Below, piece by piece: positions 1 through 12,500 of a DNA stretch of 64,000 bases (its first letter is position 1; each line of letters starts with the position of its first letter). The DNA is taken from the NCBI GenBank assembly GCA_030704615.1, contig CM060732.1, positions 57,102,001 to 57,166,000 on the forward strand. The letters run 5' to 3'. The translations under genes and the position numbers were made by a program. A model generated the notes under the pieces. It saw nothing but the letters and a program-made list of their open reading frames with translations, searched no databases and was not told the DNA's origin. Origin of the DNA: Takakia lepidozioides. Taxonomy: Eukaryota; Plantae; Bryophyta.

Positions 1-768
1 GTTTTGCGCCACTTGCAGCTTCATCAAGCTGTATCTCCAGCATACATCTTGGAGAATGTGCCACTGATGGGCGATTCTCGGGCCAGGGTGATGGCCAGTG
101 TGCATCAAGTCCGGTCGTGGCTTGGGTCAGCAGTGTTGCTAGATGCAGCTACAGTGGGGTCACGGGCTCATCGTCCACGGCTATGGTGGACTAACTTGAT
201 GCCACCCGCACTGCTCAAGCGTGCATTTGATGGGGTGCAGCGGCCAGCACATCTCACAGTGGATAACATTCTGGACACAGGGAGGCAGTCTCAACGTGTG
301 AGACACGATGACCGTTCGCCTTTGGCAGTGGTCAACAAGGTGGGTCAACCACGAGCAGCATTACCTACACTGCTCAGCTTCCCAGGATCGCATGCTTTCC
401 GGGATAGTGGACCTGGCCTCCTGTGGGATGCTCAGTTGCAGCAGTTAGTGGAGCCTAATGCTGACGAGCGTGAGCGGGCAATGGGTTTTACCACTGGTAC
501 CACGGCGGTGTCGTCTCTTTCTGAGGCATCACGTCGTCAAGTGTTGGGGCAAGCAATGGATCTCAATTGCTTGACCTGGATTATCAGCTTGGCTCTGGCT
601 GAGCAACGCAGAGTGCGGAGTACACTTCCCTCAATGGTCTCTCTGCCTACCGAGACGGTACAGGCAGTGAGTGGGGGCGAGCATGTGAGGACCACGGGGT
701 GCATGCATCCATGGCACACGTGGGAGGTGCTCGAGGTTCAGAGGGAGTTGGCAGCCAAGGCGCTGTGA
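1..768 (+). CDS. DNMT3-like C5 cytosine methyltransferase domain (C-terminal part), retrotransposon-encoded
   Basis: Motif VI YILENV; motif VIII region VLLDAATVGSRAHRPRLWWTNL (compare DNMT3A [21 protein letters not shown]); motif IX ERERAMGF; motif X RRQVLGQAMD. Motifs I and IV would lie upstream of the window. Confidence 0.85.
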   Translation, partial: VLRHLQLHQAVSPAYILENVPLMGDSRARVMASVHQVRSWLGSAVLLDAATVGSRAHRPRLWWTNLMPPALLKRAFDGVQRPAHLTVDNILDTGRQSQRVRHDDRSPLAVVNKVGQPRAALPTLLSFPGSHAFRDSGPGLLWDAQLQQLVEPNADERERAMGFTTGTTAVSSLSEASRRQVLGQAMDLNCLTWIISLALAEQRRVRSTLPSMVSLPTETVQAVSGGEHVRTTGCMHPWHTWEVLEVQRELAAKAL

Positions 769-879
769 TGGATGAGGTTGGGGATTCTTCTCGGGTTGAG
801 GAGGTCCTCAAGGATGAGATGATGGGGCAGGATGAGGCCTTGTCATTGACTGAGCAGGCAGGGAGTACTGCTCAAGAGG

Positions 880-3860
880 TTGCAACATAGCAACCACTGG
901 ACGCGTCCTCTACCTCTAAGCCCACTGGACTTAAGGTTGCAGTTACGGAGGACAATTGGGAGCCTGACATTGGACCCATTGTCACCGGAGGAGAGAGACG
1001 ACGTACGGCGGTTCCTGAGGGCTTACAGGAATTGCTTTGCCTTCAGTTTGAAGGACTTGGGAGCACTGAAGGGTCAAGAGATCCGTATTGAGTTGGCCAC
1101 TGACACGCCAATCTTTCGGAGACCCTATAGATACAGTGACATGGAGAGGTCTTTGATTCAGATGAGGACTCAAGATCTCTGGGAGGCAGGTTTGGTGGAG
1201 CTCTCTGGTGGAGAGTATGCTTCAGCCACAGTGATGCCAGCCAAGAAGGATGTCTATGGCAATTGGACGGAGAGACGTATGTGCGGTGATTACCGGCCTG
1301 TAAATCGTCAGACCAAGTCCGATAAGTATGCCATGCCAACACCAGAGGAGATCTTTGATGCCATCGGGCATGCTAAGGCCTTTAGCACTTTGGATTTACG
1401 ATCCGGATATCACCAGTTGCCAATCAAGGAGGCGGACAAGCAGAAGACGGCATTCTGGGGGATCAATGAGCACGGCAAGGATTGCCTATATCAGTGGCGG
1501 TTCTTACCATTTGGGCTTAAGAATGCTCCTGCAGAGTTTCAGAGAGTCATGGATAGGATTCTAGCAGGGGTGGACTTTGCTCGGTGCTACATAGATGACA
1601 TCATCATCTTTAGTGTTACGATGGAGGAGCATGAGAGACACCTTCAGGTGGTATTGGAGCGCTTGAGAGCGCACGGATTGAAGTTGCATCCGGGGAAGTG
1701 CAAGTTTTTCCACAACCAGATTGAGTATCTGGGTCACATGATATATCCTGGAGGATTGGGGGTACAGCAGACTAAGGTAGAGGCCATTGCACAAATTCCA
1801 CGCCCCACGGATGTGAGCCGAGTTCGAGCTTTCATGGGGTTGGCAAACTATTATAGACGGTTTGTCAAGGGATTTAGTACCATTGCAAAGGCTCTAACCA
1901 AGCTGACCAAGGTGGACCAGGAGTGGCAGTGGGAAGATGAGCAGGAACGAGCTTTTCAAGAGCTCAAGGCGAGGTTGACCTCGGCGCCTATCTTGAGACG
2001 ACCTCAGGGGGCGTCCCTTTCAGCTGCATACGGATTGGAGCATGCTGGGGCTTGGAGCGGTGCACACAGGTGGATGATGAGGGAAGAGAGTTCGTAGTGG
2101 CTTACGCTAGCCGCTCGAACAACGCTGCAGAGGCTAAGTACAGCTCATATGAGGGAGAGTTAGCTGCAGTGTGGGCCGTGGCACACTTCAGGTGCTATCT
2201 ATACGGCAATCTTTTCACCCTTGTCACGGATCACCAGCCACTCAAGTGGTTGATGGAGTCAGACAAGCTTACGGGGAAGCTTGCACGGTGGGCACTTATA
2301 CTCCAGGAGTATGACTTTCAGGTTGTGCATCGACCGGGTTTGGTCAATCGGGATGCGGATGGATTGAGTCGCAATCCATGCATGAGCCAGCAGGATGACA
2401 CTGGAGCTCGGTGGCATGGTGAGACGGACGAGGAGATGGTGCCGGGATGGCACGCATCTGCATTTTTGTGTATCTTGGCATCGGGAGGTCAGATTGGACC
2501 TACAACAGGGATGACTGTAGACGGAGTGTCTGAGGACCCTGAGGCTAGTGATGAGCTAGGTGGTGCCAGAGATATACATGAGGATTCGGCTGTGTTGGAC
2601 TACCTCCGCACGGGAGACACGGCAGCCATTGTGACTGCCAGGGAGAGGGATCGGATCCTGCAACGAGCCAAGGTTCAAGTGGGAGGGGATACACCTACTT
2701 CGAGTGTGGGAGGATGGTCGGGTGAGGATTGTGCCTCACCCCACACAGCGTGCACGGTTAGTGCGGCATGCCCATGAGGAGTTGGGGCATTTTGGAGTGC
2801 GACGCACTCACAGTTTACTGCAGGGGCAGTATTGGTGGCGTGGTATGCATACAGAGGTGCAACAGTTCGTGGCTAGGTGCATGGTGTGTGACAGGGTGCG
2901 TGCTTCATTCAACGCCCCTACACCACAGTTGCATCCTTTACCAATCATGGGATTGGGCTACAGGTGGAGTCTTGACTTCGCAGGACCGTTGCCACTGACT
3001 ATGCGCCACCACAGATATGTGTTGGTGATGGTGGAGCACTTCTCCAAGTGGATTGAGTTGGTTCCATTGCCTGACAAGGCTAGTGAGGGGGGCTGCGTAT
3101 GCATTCTTGGAGCTTAGCCGATTTGGTGCTCCAGCTGAGGTACTCACGGACCAAGGGAGAGAGTTCTTGGGGGAGTTTCAGGCTTTGTGTGATAAAGCCT
3201 TGATAGACCACCGCACCACTTCTCGGGATCATCCTGAGGCCGATGGCTTAGCAGAGAGAGTTGTTCAGACGGTGAAGAGGGGTTTGCGCAAGTATGGCTT
3301 GCAGAAGGGACACCTAGGAGATTGGGATCTTCAGGTTCCTTGGTTAGCCATGGGCTACAGGTTCAGCAAACAAGCATCACTTGCCTCCTTCTCACCATAT
3401 TTCCTTCTCTTTGGCCGAGAGCCGGATTTGCCTGCAGCCATTCGTAGGGACACTGCTCAAGTCCTTAACCTTGACGATCCGGACGTGTGGGTACGTGCAT
3501 GTGATCAGCGTGCAGAGTTGTTCAAGAAAGTCATGCCCATGGCTTTTGAGAACCTTGCCATTGCACCGTGATACGTTGAGGTATGCCACTATACGTGGTG
3601 GAGGATATCGTCCTGGGGTTCGGAGGTTTAGCCCTGGTGACTATGTTTATTTGCAGCAGACTGCTCCTACGACTCTGGATGTTACTGCAGGGCGTGTTAT
3701 TCTGAGGGTTCGAGAGGTGTTGCCCTCAGGGGTCCTGATCTTGGAGGGTCGGGATGGCATGACTTGGAAGGACCATGTGCGTAATTGTGCGCCATGTCAC
3801 CTTCCCAATGTCGATGGCAGAGTTGACCCAAAACTTGGCAGTGGTACCTGCAGGTTTGAG
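880..3860 (+). CDS. Gypsy pol (RT - RNase H - integrase), frameshifted
   Basis: [33 protein letters not shown]; RNase H VAYASR and TDHQPL; integrase zinc finger HEELGH...CMVC and DDE core. Spread over ORFs 880-2097, 2052-2777, 2704-3117, 3053-3571 and 3381-3911. Confidence 0.92.
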
Positions 3861-3861
3861 G

Positions 3862-4005
3862 TGCATGCTCTGTGGGTCTGCCAAAGGGGCAGCCACCATG
3901 CTGGTGTGTGATCGATGCTCAAGGGGTTGGCATATGGGATGCTTGACACCACCTCTTGAGAAGGTTCCTGACGGAGATTGGTTGTGTCCACACTGCTTGG
4001 GATAG
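3862..4005 (+). CDS. PHD finger at the integrase C-terminus
   Basis: CMLCGSAKGAATMLVCDRCSRGWHMGCLTPPLEKVPDGDWLCPHC is a canonical C4HC3 PHD finger with the P-x-G-x-W-x-C-x-x-C tail. Confidence 0.92.
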   Translation, partial: CMLCGSAKGAATMLVCDRCSRGWHMGCLTPPLEKVPDGDWLCPHCLG

Positions 4006-4265
4006 TGGCAGTGGACATGACTGGAGGCAGCTAACAAGACATGGGAGGCCAAGCTCATAGGAGTCAATACATGAGATCCCAAGCTCAAGTTCACAGGTTG
4101 CAAGACGGCGACTAACGATGGGGCAACTCTTGCACCCGGCCTCTTGATCTATCGAGTTTGAGTGTAGTAGGGATAGTGGTGGAGGACTTAGTGAGGCTAT
4201 GGTCACTATCACATCTTGTGGCTACCTGGACTTAGAGGGACCTAAGCACCAGCTAGGGGGGCGAT

Positions 4266-4568
4266 TGTGTGGACTAGTGACTGCCATAGTGGGCAGCATA
4301 GTGGCAGCCTAGTGACTGACTAGTTGTAGCCTAGTGGTTGGACTAGTGGTGGACTAGTGGTATACTAGTGTGTGGTGTGCACATGTGTTGTGTGGTTTTT
4401 GGACAGCGATGTAGTTGTGTAGCGATATGTATGCCGCGACTTCATCTCTTGGGCAGAGGCATTTTCCAGGGTCTCCATCTGTGATGACACCTTGATAAGA
4501 CTGAGATGAGTTGATGTAGGATAAGGGGAGGGCTTGCTGGTGATGTTGTCCGATAGGCCCACGCAACA
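4266..4568 (+). repeat. Putative 3' LTR of the DNMT-Gypsy element
   Basis: Starts TG just after a G-rich polypurine tract, contains short CTAGTG(G) repeats (4275-4370), and has a candidate end ...GCAACA at 4568. The partner LTR is outside the window, so boundaries are unverified. Confidence 0.4.
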
Positions 4569-4671
4569 GAGTCAGAGCGGAAGTCAGCCTGCAAGGATCC
4601 AAGTGAGAGAAGTCTAGCATCTTGGGCGATGGCAGTTAGGGCAATGTGTGTCTAGGGCAATATATGTCATA

Positions 4672-4773
4672 AAGCGTAGCTACGGCGTGAGCCCAGCCCC
4701 GTGAGCCTGGGAGCTGAGCTCACGTTCAAGCTTTGAAGCGTGAGCTGAGCTCACGCTTCAGGAAGCGTGAGCG
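4672..4773. repeat. Left MULE terminus with CGTGAGC/GCTCACG subterminal repeats
   Basis: About six copies of the heptamer in both orientations within 100 bp, including an imperfect palindrome around 4715-4750. Confidence 0.75.
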
Positions 4774-5035
4774 GCATGAATCTGCTGGAGAAGCAGGTCC
4801 TATAGGCGAGGATTGCAGGAAGAGGGCCTATTACCGTGGACAAAACAAAGGAGGCCACCATGCACCATGTCTGCAATGCGTGCCAAAAAAGAGGAATATG
4901 TAAACATGGCAGATTTGAGCTCAGAATGATTGACACAGTTTATTTCAATTCACAGAGAGACGCTTACAATGAATCGCAAGTGCATTTGCCCTCACGTGAA
5001 CGAAATGTATATGTTTGTCATAAAATGAAAAGTCT

Positions 5036-8000
5036 TCACACGGCAACCTGGAAACCAGCATGGGAAGCGGGCATGGCTCGTATGTGTTCAAAGAGAAGTT
5101 GGCGGAGCTCTACGCGAGGTGTCCCGCTGCAGAAGGTGATGACTTCTCCGTAGCCTAGTGTGGCTTGGTGAATGAATTGGTCTCTCTTACCGTCGCAACA
5201 CATAATTACAAGGTATATGTAATATTGATGCTTGCAGGGGACCCACTTCCCTCTCATGCCGAGAGCGCCCTCACGCATCGTTACAAAATCCGGACAAGTG
5301 CACGATGGGAAATTCCCATGGTAACTGATATTCTTTGGCATGAAGAACTGAGCCAATTGACAGCACTGTGTAAATCCGTCCATACCCCGGGGAAGGGACT
5401 TCGGTGATACGAGTCACCGAGCCTGCAAAATTCTAGCCGATTCCATCTTGCATTCGTGATCTGCACCCGAAGCAACACGGCGCACTGTTTTTCCATCTCT
5501 TTTTTTGTTGGTGGGAGTCGGCACCGGGTGGAGGCATTGTCGGAGCATGTGGCACATCTGTGCCGACAGTGCATAAGGGCACACCCGGGACCGTGCAAGA
5601 CAAAACCCTCCCTCCTCCAGCATGCTTATCTCGGTTGAGGACAGCGATGTCCCAATTTTCACAGGCCAAATTGCGGGGGGAGGGGGCTTCATTATCACGG
5701 AAGGACGAACTGTTCCCTTCACGCATCGTGCCATATCGTCTGGGCAGAACCAAAACTTGTGCTCTTTTGACTCCCACATATATAGGTCGGAACAACCCTG
5801 TGAATGTTGGAGCTGGAGTCCCCCTGGAGCCTTTGCATATTTTTGATTTGCATTTCTTGAATGAGGGGTCCGAATTGCCATGCAAGCCACTCTAGATCCC
5901 GGTGGGGTGCGTTCTATATGCCAGTCACTATCAATGCAATCAGATTCCTGCACCATGGCCACCACCTCCTCCAATGGGATTTCCGCTGCTATGCTTGCAT
6001 GTTCTGCACCTGCTCCACAGGAGGAGGACCCACCTGGGAAGGGGCCGGCACAGGACTTAGTCTGCACTGGAGACACCTTTGGCACAGAGAAATTGACCCT
6101 GTCTGGCCTATGGGAATCTCCATCTGACCCTGGAAGAGTGTTTAATTTCCTTTTGCATGATCCAAATCTTTCCTCGCCTTCCAAATGGGGGAGCCTGGAT
6201 TGCAGAGGGGAGCCTTCAGTGCACCTGTTTAGAGCTCTGGCCATCTTTGACGGGTCTCCGGACCTACTCGCAGCCCTTAGCATCAACAAAGTCGATCGGG
6301 GCCCTTCCCTCCACCCCGTCCCATCAGAAAATTGCGGTACCTGGTTTGTTGTGTAAGTGCCCGCACCATGTCATCAGCAGTGGCCACATACAAGTCACGA
6401 CCTGCTTTGGTAGACTGTTGCATCCAGGCGTTGTGAACAGTCTCTGCCAAATTACACGATGGCATGTCGGCCAAGTCCTCCAAGGACATGTCCTGCAGGA
6501 GGCATTGCATGGAAATGTGAGGAAGGAAAAGAAATGGTAGAGGTTCTTCAAGTGACAATCGAACAACCCCAAATGAACAGGCACGATGCAAAGTGCAATT
6601 TGTGTTTAAGGAAAACTTGTGAGGCTTACCGTCGTCATGAAAGCTCCCCACTGTCTGTACCTGAAGTGCCAGAAACCAACCAGTCCTCCAACTCCTTCAG
6701 GTGGATACCTGTAGCAGCACCAGCGGAGAACCACCAAGCCCGGATTGCCTGGTAAGTGCTCTCAGCTTCTCCCATTGAGGTGGCATTCTTGTACTTCAGA
6801 CAGAGCCTTCTATGCTCCAACTGAAGGTCAGGGCGAATGCAGCGCTTTGTATGACGTGCCAGAGATTGACTCCAATGGAAGAGGCATGTGCGCTCCCTAT
6901 TTTCCATTGGGACCTAGGATCCCCAACCAAACACGCGCCGCACTGCATTGAAATTTGCCTGTGCACTATCAGCCATGAAGCCCGCAAAATTTGTGTTCTG
7001 TATTCCATTGCGCTGCATGACGGTCAGGAGGGAATTCCACATGAGCATCTGGGATTCAGTGTCCTCCGACTGCATATCACAAATTGCTATGGAGAGCACA
7101 CGCTGGTACGCTGGATCATACACATGGCACGCCATGGTTGTCCAACCCTTCACCCGTTTGCAGTGATCAAACATTAACCAACATTTAGCCAAATCTCCTC
7201 CAGGTTGCATTCGGCGGACAATGCTCACACCACTGCCTTGGCCCACAGCGGACATCTTGAACAAATACACTTTGGACGAGCCCTGGCCAGGGAACATACT
7301 GTTTTGAATGAATTCATAGCGACTCCTCCGTTTGAGGTCCATAATGTTGTCCATGAATCCAGCAGTGCCTGTGCCCATTCTGAGTGCATTCACCTGGTTT
7401 CGAATATTGGGAGAGCTCAACACGGAGAAATGGTCCATGACTGCCTCAAGGGAATCTGCATCCAGCATTGGCTGTGTCGCATCCCCTTCACCCAGTATGT
7501 GTTTTTCCAGGAATGCCTTGCTAGCTGCAAGCGCTATAGCAGAAGGTGTTGCACAAGGGGCATTATGGAACTCTTGCTTCAGTAGATTTCTAGCGATGTC
7601 CACGCTATCCTGCAACTCCCTTTGGACACAGGATGCTCGTGTGCACCCATATGAATGCAGGCACGAGTCATTGTCTTGCATCGATGTGCCACCTGATACA
7701 TACGAGCGTGGCAAACAGAAACACAGGACGGGGAAAGTTTGCAGAACCTGCACACAAAAAGTATTGGTCTTGGGAGGTGCAAGCCCTGGGGTGAAAGGAT
7801 TCAGGGGCACACCTTCCCACTCACTTTCGTTTGGCTGAGCGCTGTTTCTCAGCCGAGGGCAAGAAATATTCAGGCACTTGCAATGCCCAACGCAAACCGA
7901 CCTCCGAAATTTCAAGCCAATGTCGTTATGGATGTTCGAAGTTTTTGTCCTGCACCAAGGATGTCCGTCATGTTTCTTGTCCATGCCCTGCAGAAGCCCA

Positions 8001-8654
8001 GCCAGTCCACTGGAAGACGTGGGAGGGTTGAGCTCAAACAAGATGTCCCCATCAAACTGAGCTGGCACGTATTGAACCCGTTGCACTGGAAGGGACTCCC
8101 AATCAACAAACGTAGCTCGCTCTTGCACCCAGGCACACCTGCGAGGGCTTTCAATTTTGGAATGACACTTGTTATCTCTTGCAATTCGTCATCATCAATA
8201 AGGGAGTTTGCACTGGCGGAGGAATCTCAGAAACATCCTCCGAGGACGAGTCCGAAAGAGTAACGAAGGTAGTGGATGTGCTCACCTCTTGTTTCACAGG
8301 AACTGTGCCCTTCTGTTGCACGACCGATGCTGCAGTGCCAGGGGTAACGACTGATCCTGCTGATTGTCTTCTCTCTTTTCCAAGGACACGGTATGTTCCT
8401 GGAAGGACTCTCCACTTCCTTCCACACTCGCCAACCAAGGGTTTCTCCAAGTGCCCAGAATCCAAATTCCCATCCTCGTCATACACCCTCTTCTGAACAA
8501 GCAGAGAACCCAACTCCAGCGGGAACACTGTAACCAGCTCATCCTCATGAACAACTGCATACCCATCGTCGTCTGCAGTGGCAGTCAGTGGAAGAGTACC
8601 TGCATTGGAATGGAATCGAGCGAGTGCATCTCGCTCCCTCGACATGTTTTCCAT
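5036..8654 (-). CDS. MULE-family DDE transposase with N-terminal GCM-like zinc domain and C-terminal SWIM finger (frameshifted)
   Basis: Catalytic motifs in MULE order: WLMFDHCKRV (D1, ~7170), FMADSAQA (D2, ~6970), CLFHW (CxxH, ~6880), NLAETVHNAW (E, ~6445). SWIM: PSCTCPDF...WVPCKH (~5225-5305). N-terminal DGHPWCRTKTSN...RRSVCVGHCKC resembles WRKY-GCM1-type domains. Putative start MENMSRE at 8654. Confidence 0.85.
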
Positions 8655-9578
8655 CACTGAACGAAACTGCCGATTCAGAACGGAATCCCCGAACTGAGAG
8701 CCCGTAATTATCGAAAGTGGAAATACCACCAGCAAACTGAGGTCAACAAGGTAGCACCAAACCAAAGGCTGCCGGCGATGCATGCCAAGGATGTAGGGAT
8801 GACGTGCACCTTCACCTCCCACCAACCAGAAAAACCGTTTTGAAAGACCAGAGCCACAAGAAGCCGTACTGTTTTTGGATGGAAAACAAACCCTGAAAAT
8901 GACATGAAACCATCCATTATGAAATGACGGCAACAACCCTGGAGAGCAGTAAACAGGAAGATCCGATTGTAATGAGATTGTGTTGCGCCAGAATAGCACA
9001 GAACAAACACACACTGATACACTCCACGCATGTGTGCAACACATGGTCATATCCGACACAATCCTTTATACCGAATGACCCCATGGGGACGGTCACGGCA
9101 TAAAAAAAACCACAGGGCATGCAGTACAACACACGTGGATGCATATGTGAAGCATAACAATTATTGCGAATCTGGAAGAACTGCTCGGAATTGAAAAAGC
9201 ACTACATTTCTACGGCACATTCGAATTTGAAAGAAGGCAAGGAGGCCGCCATGTATTGGCAGGCGGCGAAGTACATCTGACATATATCGCAAATGCATGC
9301 AACGGATGTTCTTTTTCTTCGGCGCTTTATTAGCTGGGTAATACAAAGACGACAAAATGGATGAATTCCGTTCGCACACAATATCAACAACCCCGCATCC
9401 AAATACGGTTGACAACGTCCATTTTATTTTTGTTACATGCGATACCAGACTTGTTGCAAACGTCAAACTGGAGAGCTCCAGGGGCATCGTGGGGAGCCCT
9501 TGTTTCCAGCGGAGGAGAAAGAGAAGGAAGTCATTATACTTCACGAGTTCTAGAAACAGGAATAGAGCTAGATATAGA

Positions 9579-12500
9579 ATGAGGATGGAAAGAGTGGAGG
9601 AAGAGGAAAAGGAGGAAGAAGAGGGAATACAGGAAAGTGTGGCGATGGAGGAGCAGGAATCTGGAGAAGAACAACAACCCACATAGTTCCAGGAACAGGC
9701 GAGGAGGACACTGCGTCTGAGGGAGAGACAGACGACATGGAGGAAGATGTTGACACTGGCCTCACGAACGATCTGACCACGGGAAAGAGGAAGGGGGAGA
9801 GGCTCACCTACATAGTCGGCGAAGAGAGCAGCCCGAAGCGGAAAGGGTCCCCGGCAACTGGGAGTCTTCTCGAGTAGCTACGAAAAAAGGTAAAATCTAC
9901 AGGACCCACATTTGTGAAGAATTCGGCTTTCAATGGCAGGTATTTGAGAAAGAAAGAACCATTCAGTGGCAGCTCAAACAGTGTGCGTTGCCGCACACTG
10001 TTTGAGCTGCACAAGTCACTGTTTAAGGTGCAAAATTCTTCCTTCAACGACACCTTTCTGAGGATGAAATGAACCCGCACTTCCAGCTCAAACAGTGTGC
10101 GGCAACGCACACTGTTTGAGCAAGTCTTTCAATGTTTTAGGGTGCAAAATTTGGCCTTCAGTTATCTGCGGGTGAAATGAACCCTTCACTGCCAGCCCAA
10201 ACAGTGTGCGGCAACGCACACTGTTTGAGCTGAACATTTCAATGTTTTAGGGTGCAAATTAGGACTTCAGGGGCACCTTCTGAGGATGAATGAACCCTGC
10301 ACTGCCAGCTCAAACAGTGTGCGGCAACGCACACTGTTTGAACATTTCAATGTTGGGTGCAAAATTTGATTGAAATGAACCCTTCACTGCCAGCTGACAG
10401 TGTGCGGCAACGCACACTGTTTGAGCTGAACATTTCAATGTTTCAGGGTGCAAAATTTGGACTTCAGGGGCACCTGGATGAAATGAACCCTTCACTGTCA
10501 GCTGTGCGGCAACGCACACTGTTTGAGCTGAACATTTCAATGTTTCTGGGTGCAAAATTTGGACTTCAGGGGCACCTATGTGAGGATGAAATGAACCCTT
10601 CACTGCCAGCCCAAACAGTGTGCGGCAACGCACACTGTTTGAGCTGAACATTTCAATGTTTTGGGTGCAAATTTGGACTTCAGGGGCACCTTTCTGAGGA
10701 TGAAATGAACCCTTCACTGCCAGCTCAAACAGTGTGCGGCAACGCACACTGTTTGTTTGCAAACAACCCCACTGTTGTGCGGCAACGCACACTGTTTGAG
10801 CTGAACATTTCAATGTTTGGGTGCAAAATTCAGAGTGAAATGAACCCTTCACTGCCAGCTCAGACAGTGTGGCAACGCACACTGTTTGAGCTGAACATTT
10901 CAATGTTTAGGGTGCAAAATTTGGACTTCAGGGCACCTGGGATGAAATGAACCCTTCACTGCAGCCAAACAGTGTGCGGCAACGCACACTGTTTGAGCTG
11001 AACATTTCAATGTTTTGGGTGCAAAATTTGGACTTCAGGGGACCTGTTGAGGATGAAATGAACCCTTCACTGTCAGCCAACAGTGTGCGGCAACGCACAC
11101 TGTTTGAGCTGAACATTTCAATGTTTTGGTGCAAAATTTGGTCTTGATCTGAGGGTGAAATGAACCCTTCACTGCCAGCTCAGACAGTGTGCGGCAACGC
11201 ACACTGTTTGAGCTGAACATTTCAATGTTTCAGGGTGCAAAATTTGGACTTCAGGGGCACCTGTGAGGGTGAAATGAACCCTTCACTGCCAGCTCAGACA
11301 GTGTGCGGCAACGCACACTGTTTGAGCTGAACATTTCAATGTTTCAGGTGCAAAATTTGGACTTCAGGGGCACCTCATGAAATGAACCCTTCACTGGTGT
11401 GCGGCAACGCACACTGTTTGAGCTGAACATTTCAATGTTTCTGGGTGCAAAATTTGGACTTCAGGGGCACCTGTGAGGATGAAAACCCTTCACTGTCAGC
11501 CAAAACAGTGTGCGCAACGCACACTGTTTGAGCCATTTCAATGTTTTAGGTGCAAAATTTGATCTGAGGTTGAAATGAACCCTTCACTGCCAGCTCAACA
11601 GTGTGCGGCAACGCACACTGTTTGAGCTGATCTTTCAATGTTTTAGGGTGCAAAATTTGGTCATGTGGGGGTGAAATGAACCCTTCACTGCCAGCTCAGA
11701 CAGTGTGCGGCAACGCACACTGTTTGCTGAACATTTCAATGTTTCTGGGTGCAAAATTTGGACTTCAGGGGACCTGTTTGAGGATGAAATGAACCCTTCA
11801 CTGCAGCCCAAACAGTGTGCGGCAACGCACACTGTTTGAGCTGAACATTTCAATGTTTGTGCAAAATTTGGACTTCAGGCTGAGGTGAAATGAACCCTTC
11901 ACTCCAGCTCAAACAGTGTGCGGCAACGCACACTGTTTGAGCAGATTTCAATGTTTTGGGTGCAAAATTTGATCTGAGGGGAAATGAACCCTTCACTGCC
12001 AGCTCAGACAGTGTGCGGCAACGCACACTGTTTGAGCTGAACATTTCAATGTTTCTGGTGCAAAATTTGGACTTCAGGGGCACCTGGGTGAAATGAACCC
12101 TTCACTGCCTCAGACAGTGTGCGGCAACGCACACTGTTTGAGCCATTTCAATGTTTCAGGGTGCAAAATTTGGACTTCAGGGGCACCTGGGTGAAATGAA
12201 CCCTTCACTGCCAGCTCAGACAGTGTGCGGCAACGCACACTGTTTGAGCTGAACATTTCAATGTTTCAGGGTGCAAAATTTGGACTTCAGGGGCACCTAT
12301 GTTGAAATGAACCCTTCACTGTCAGCCCAGTGTGCGGCAACGCACACTGTTTGAGCTGAACATTTCAATGTTTCAGGGTGCAAAATTTGGACTTCAGGGG
12401 CACCTGTGTGAGGAAATGAACCCTTCACTGCCAGCTCAGACAGTGTGCGGCAACGCACACTGTTTGAGCTGATTTCAATGTTTTAGGGTGCAAAATAAGG

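Larger units (their letters stand above)
1..4568 (+). mobile_element. Ty3/Gypsy LTR retrotransposon carrying a C5-DNA methyltransferase and a PHD finger (5' part outside window)
   Basis: Consecutive plus-strand ORF pieces give DNMT - RT (YIDD) - RNase H (VTDHQPL, DADGLSR) - integrase (H2C2; LDFAGP, LTDQGREF, DGLAER) - PHD. A purine tract (AGGGGGG, ~4255-4261) precedes TGTG at 4266, the candidate 3' LTR start. The right end is approximate. Confidence 0.88.

Noticed and set aside
8655-9059. N-terminal extension of ORF 8172-9059 as part of the transposase
   Set aside because: Sequence upstream of MENMSRE looks like UTR, intron or promoter between the divergent genes and has no protein-like features.
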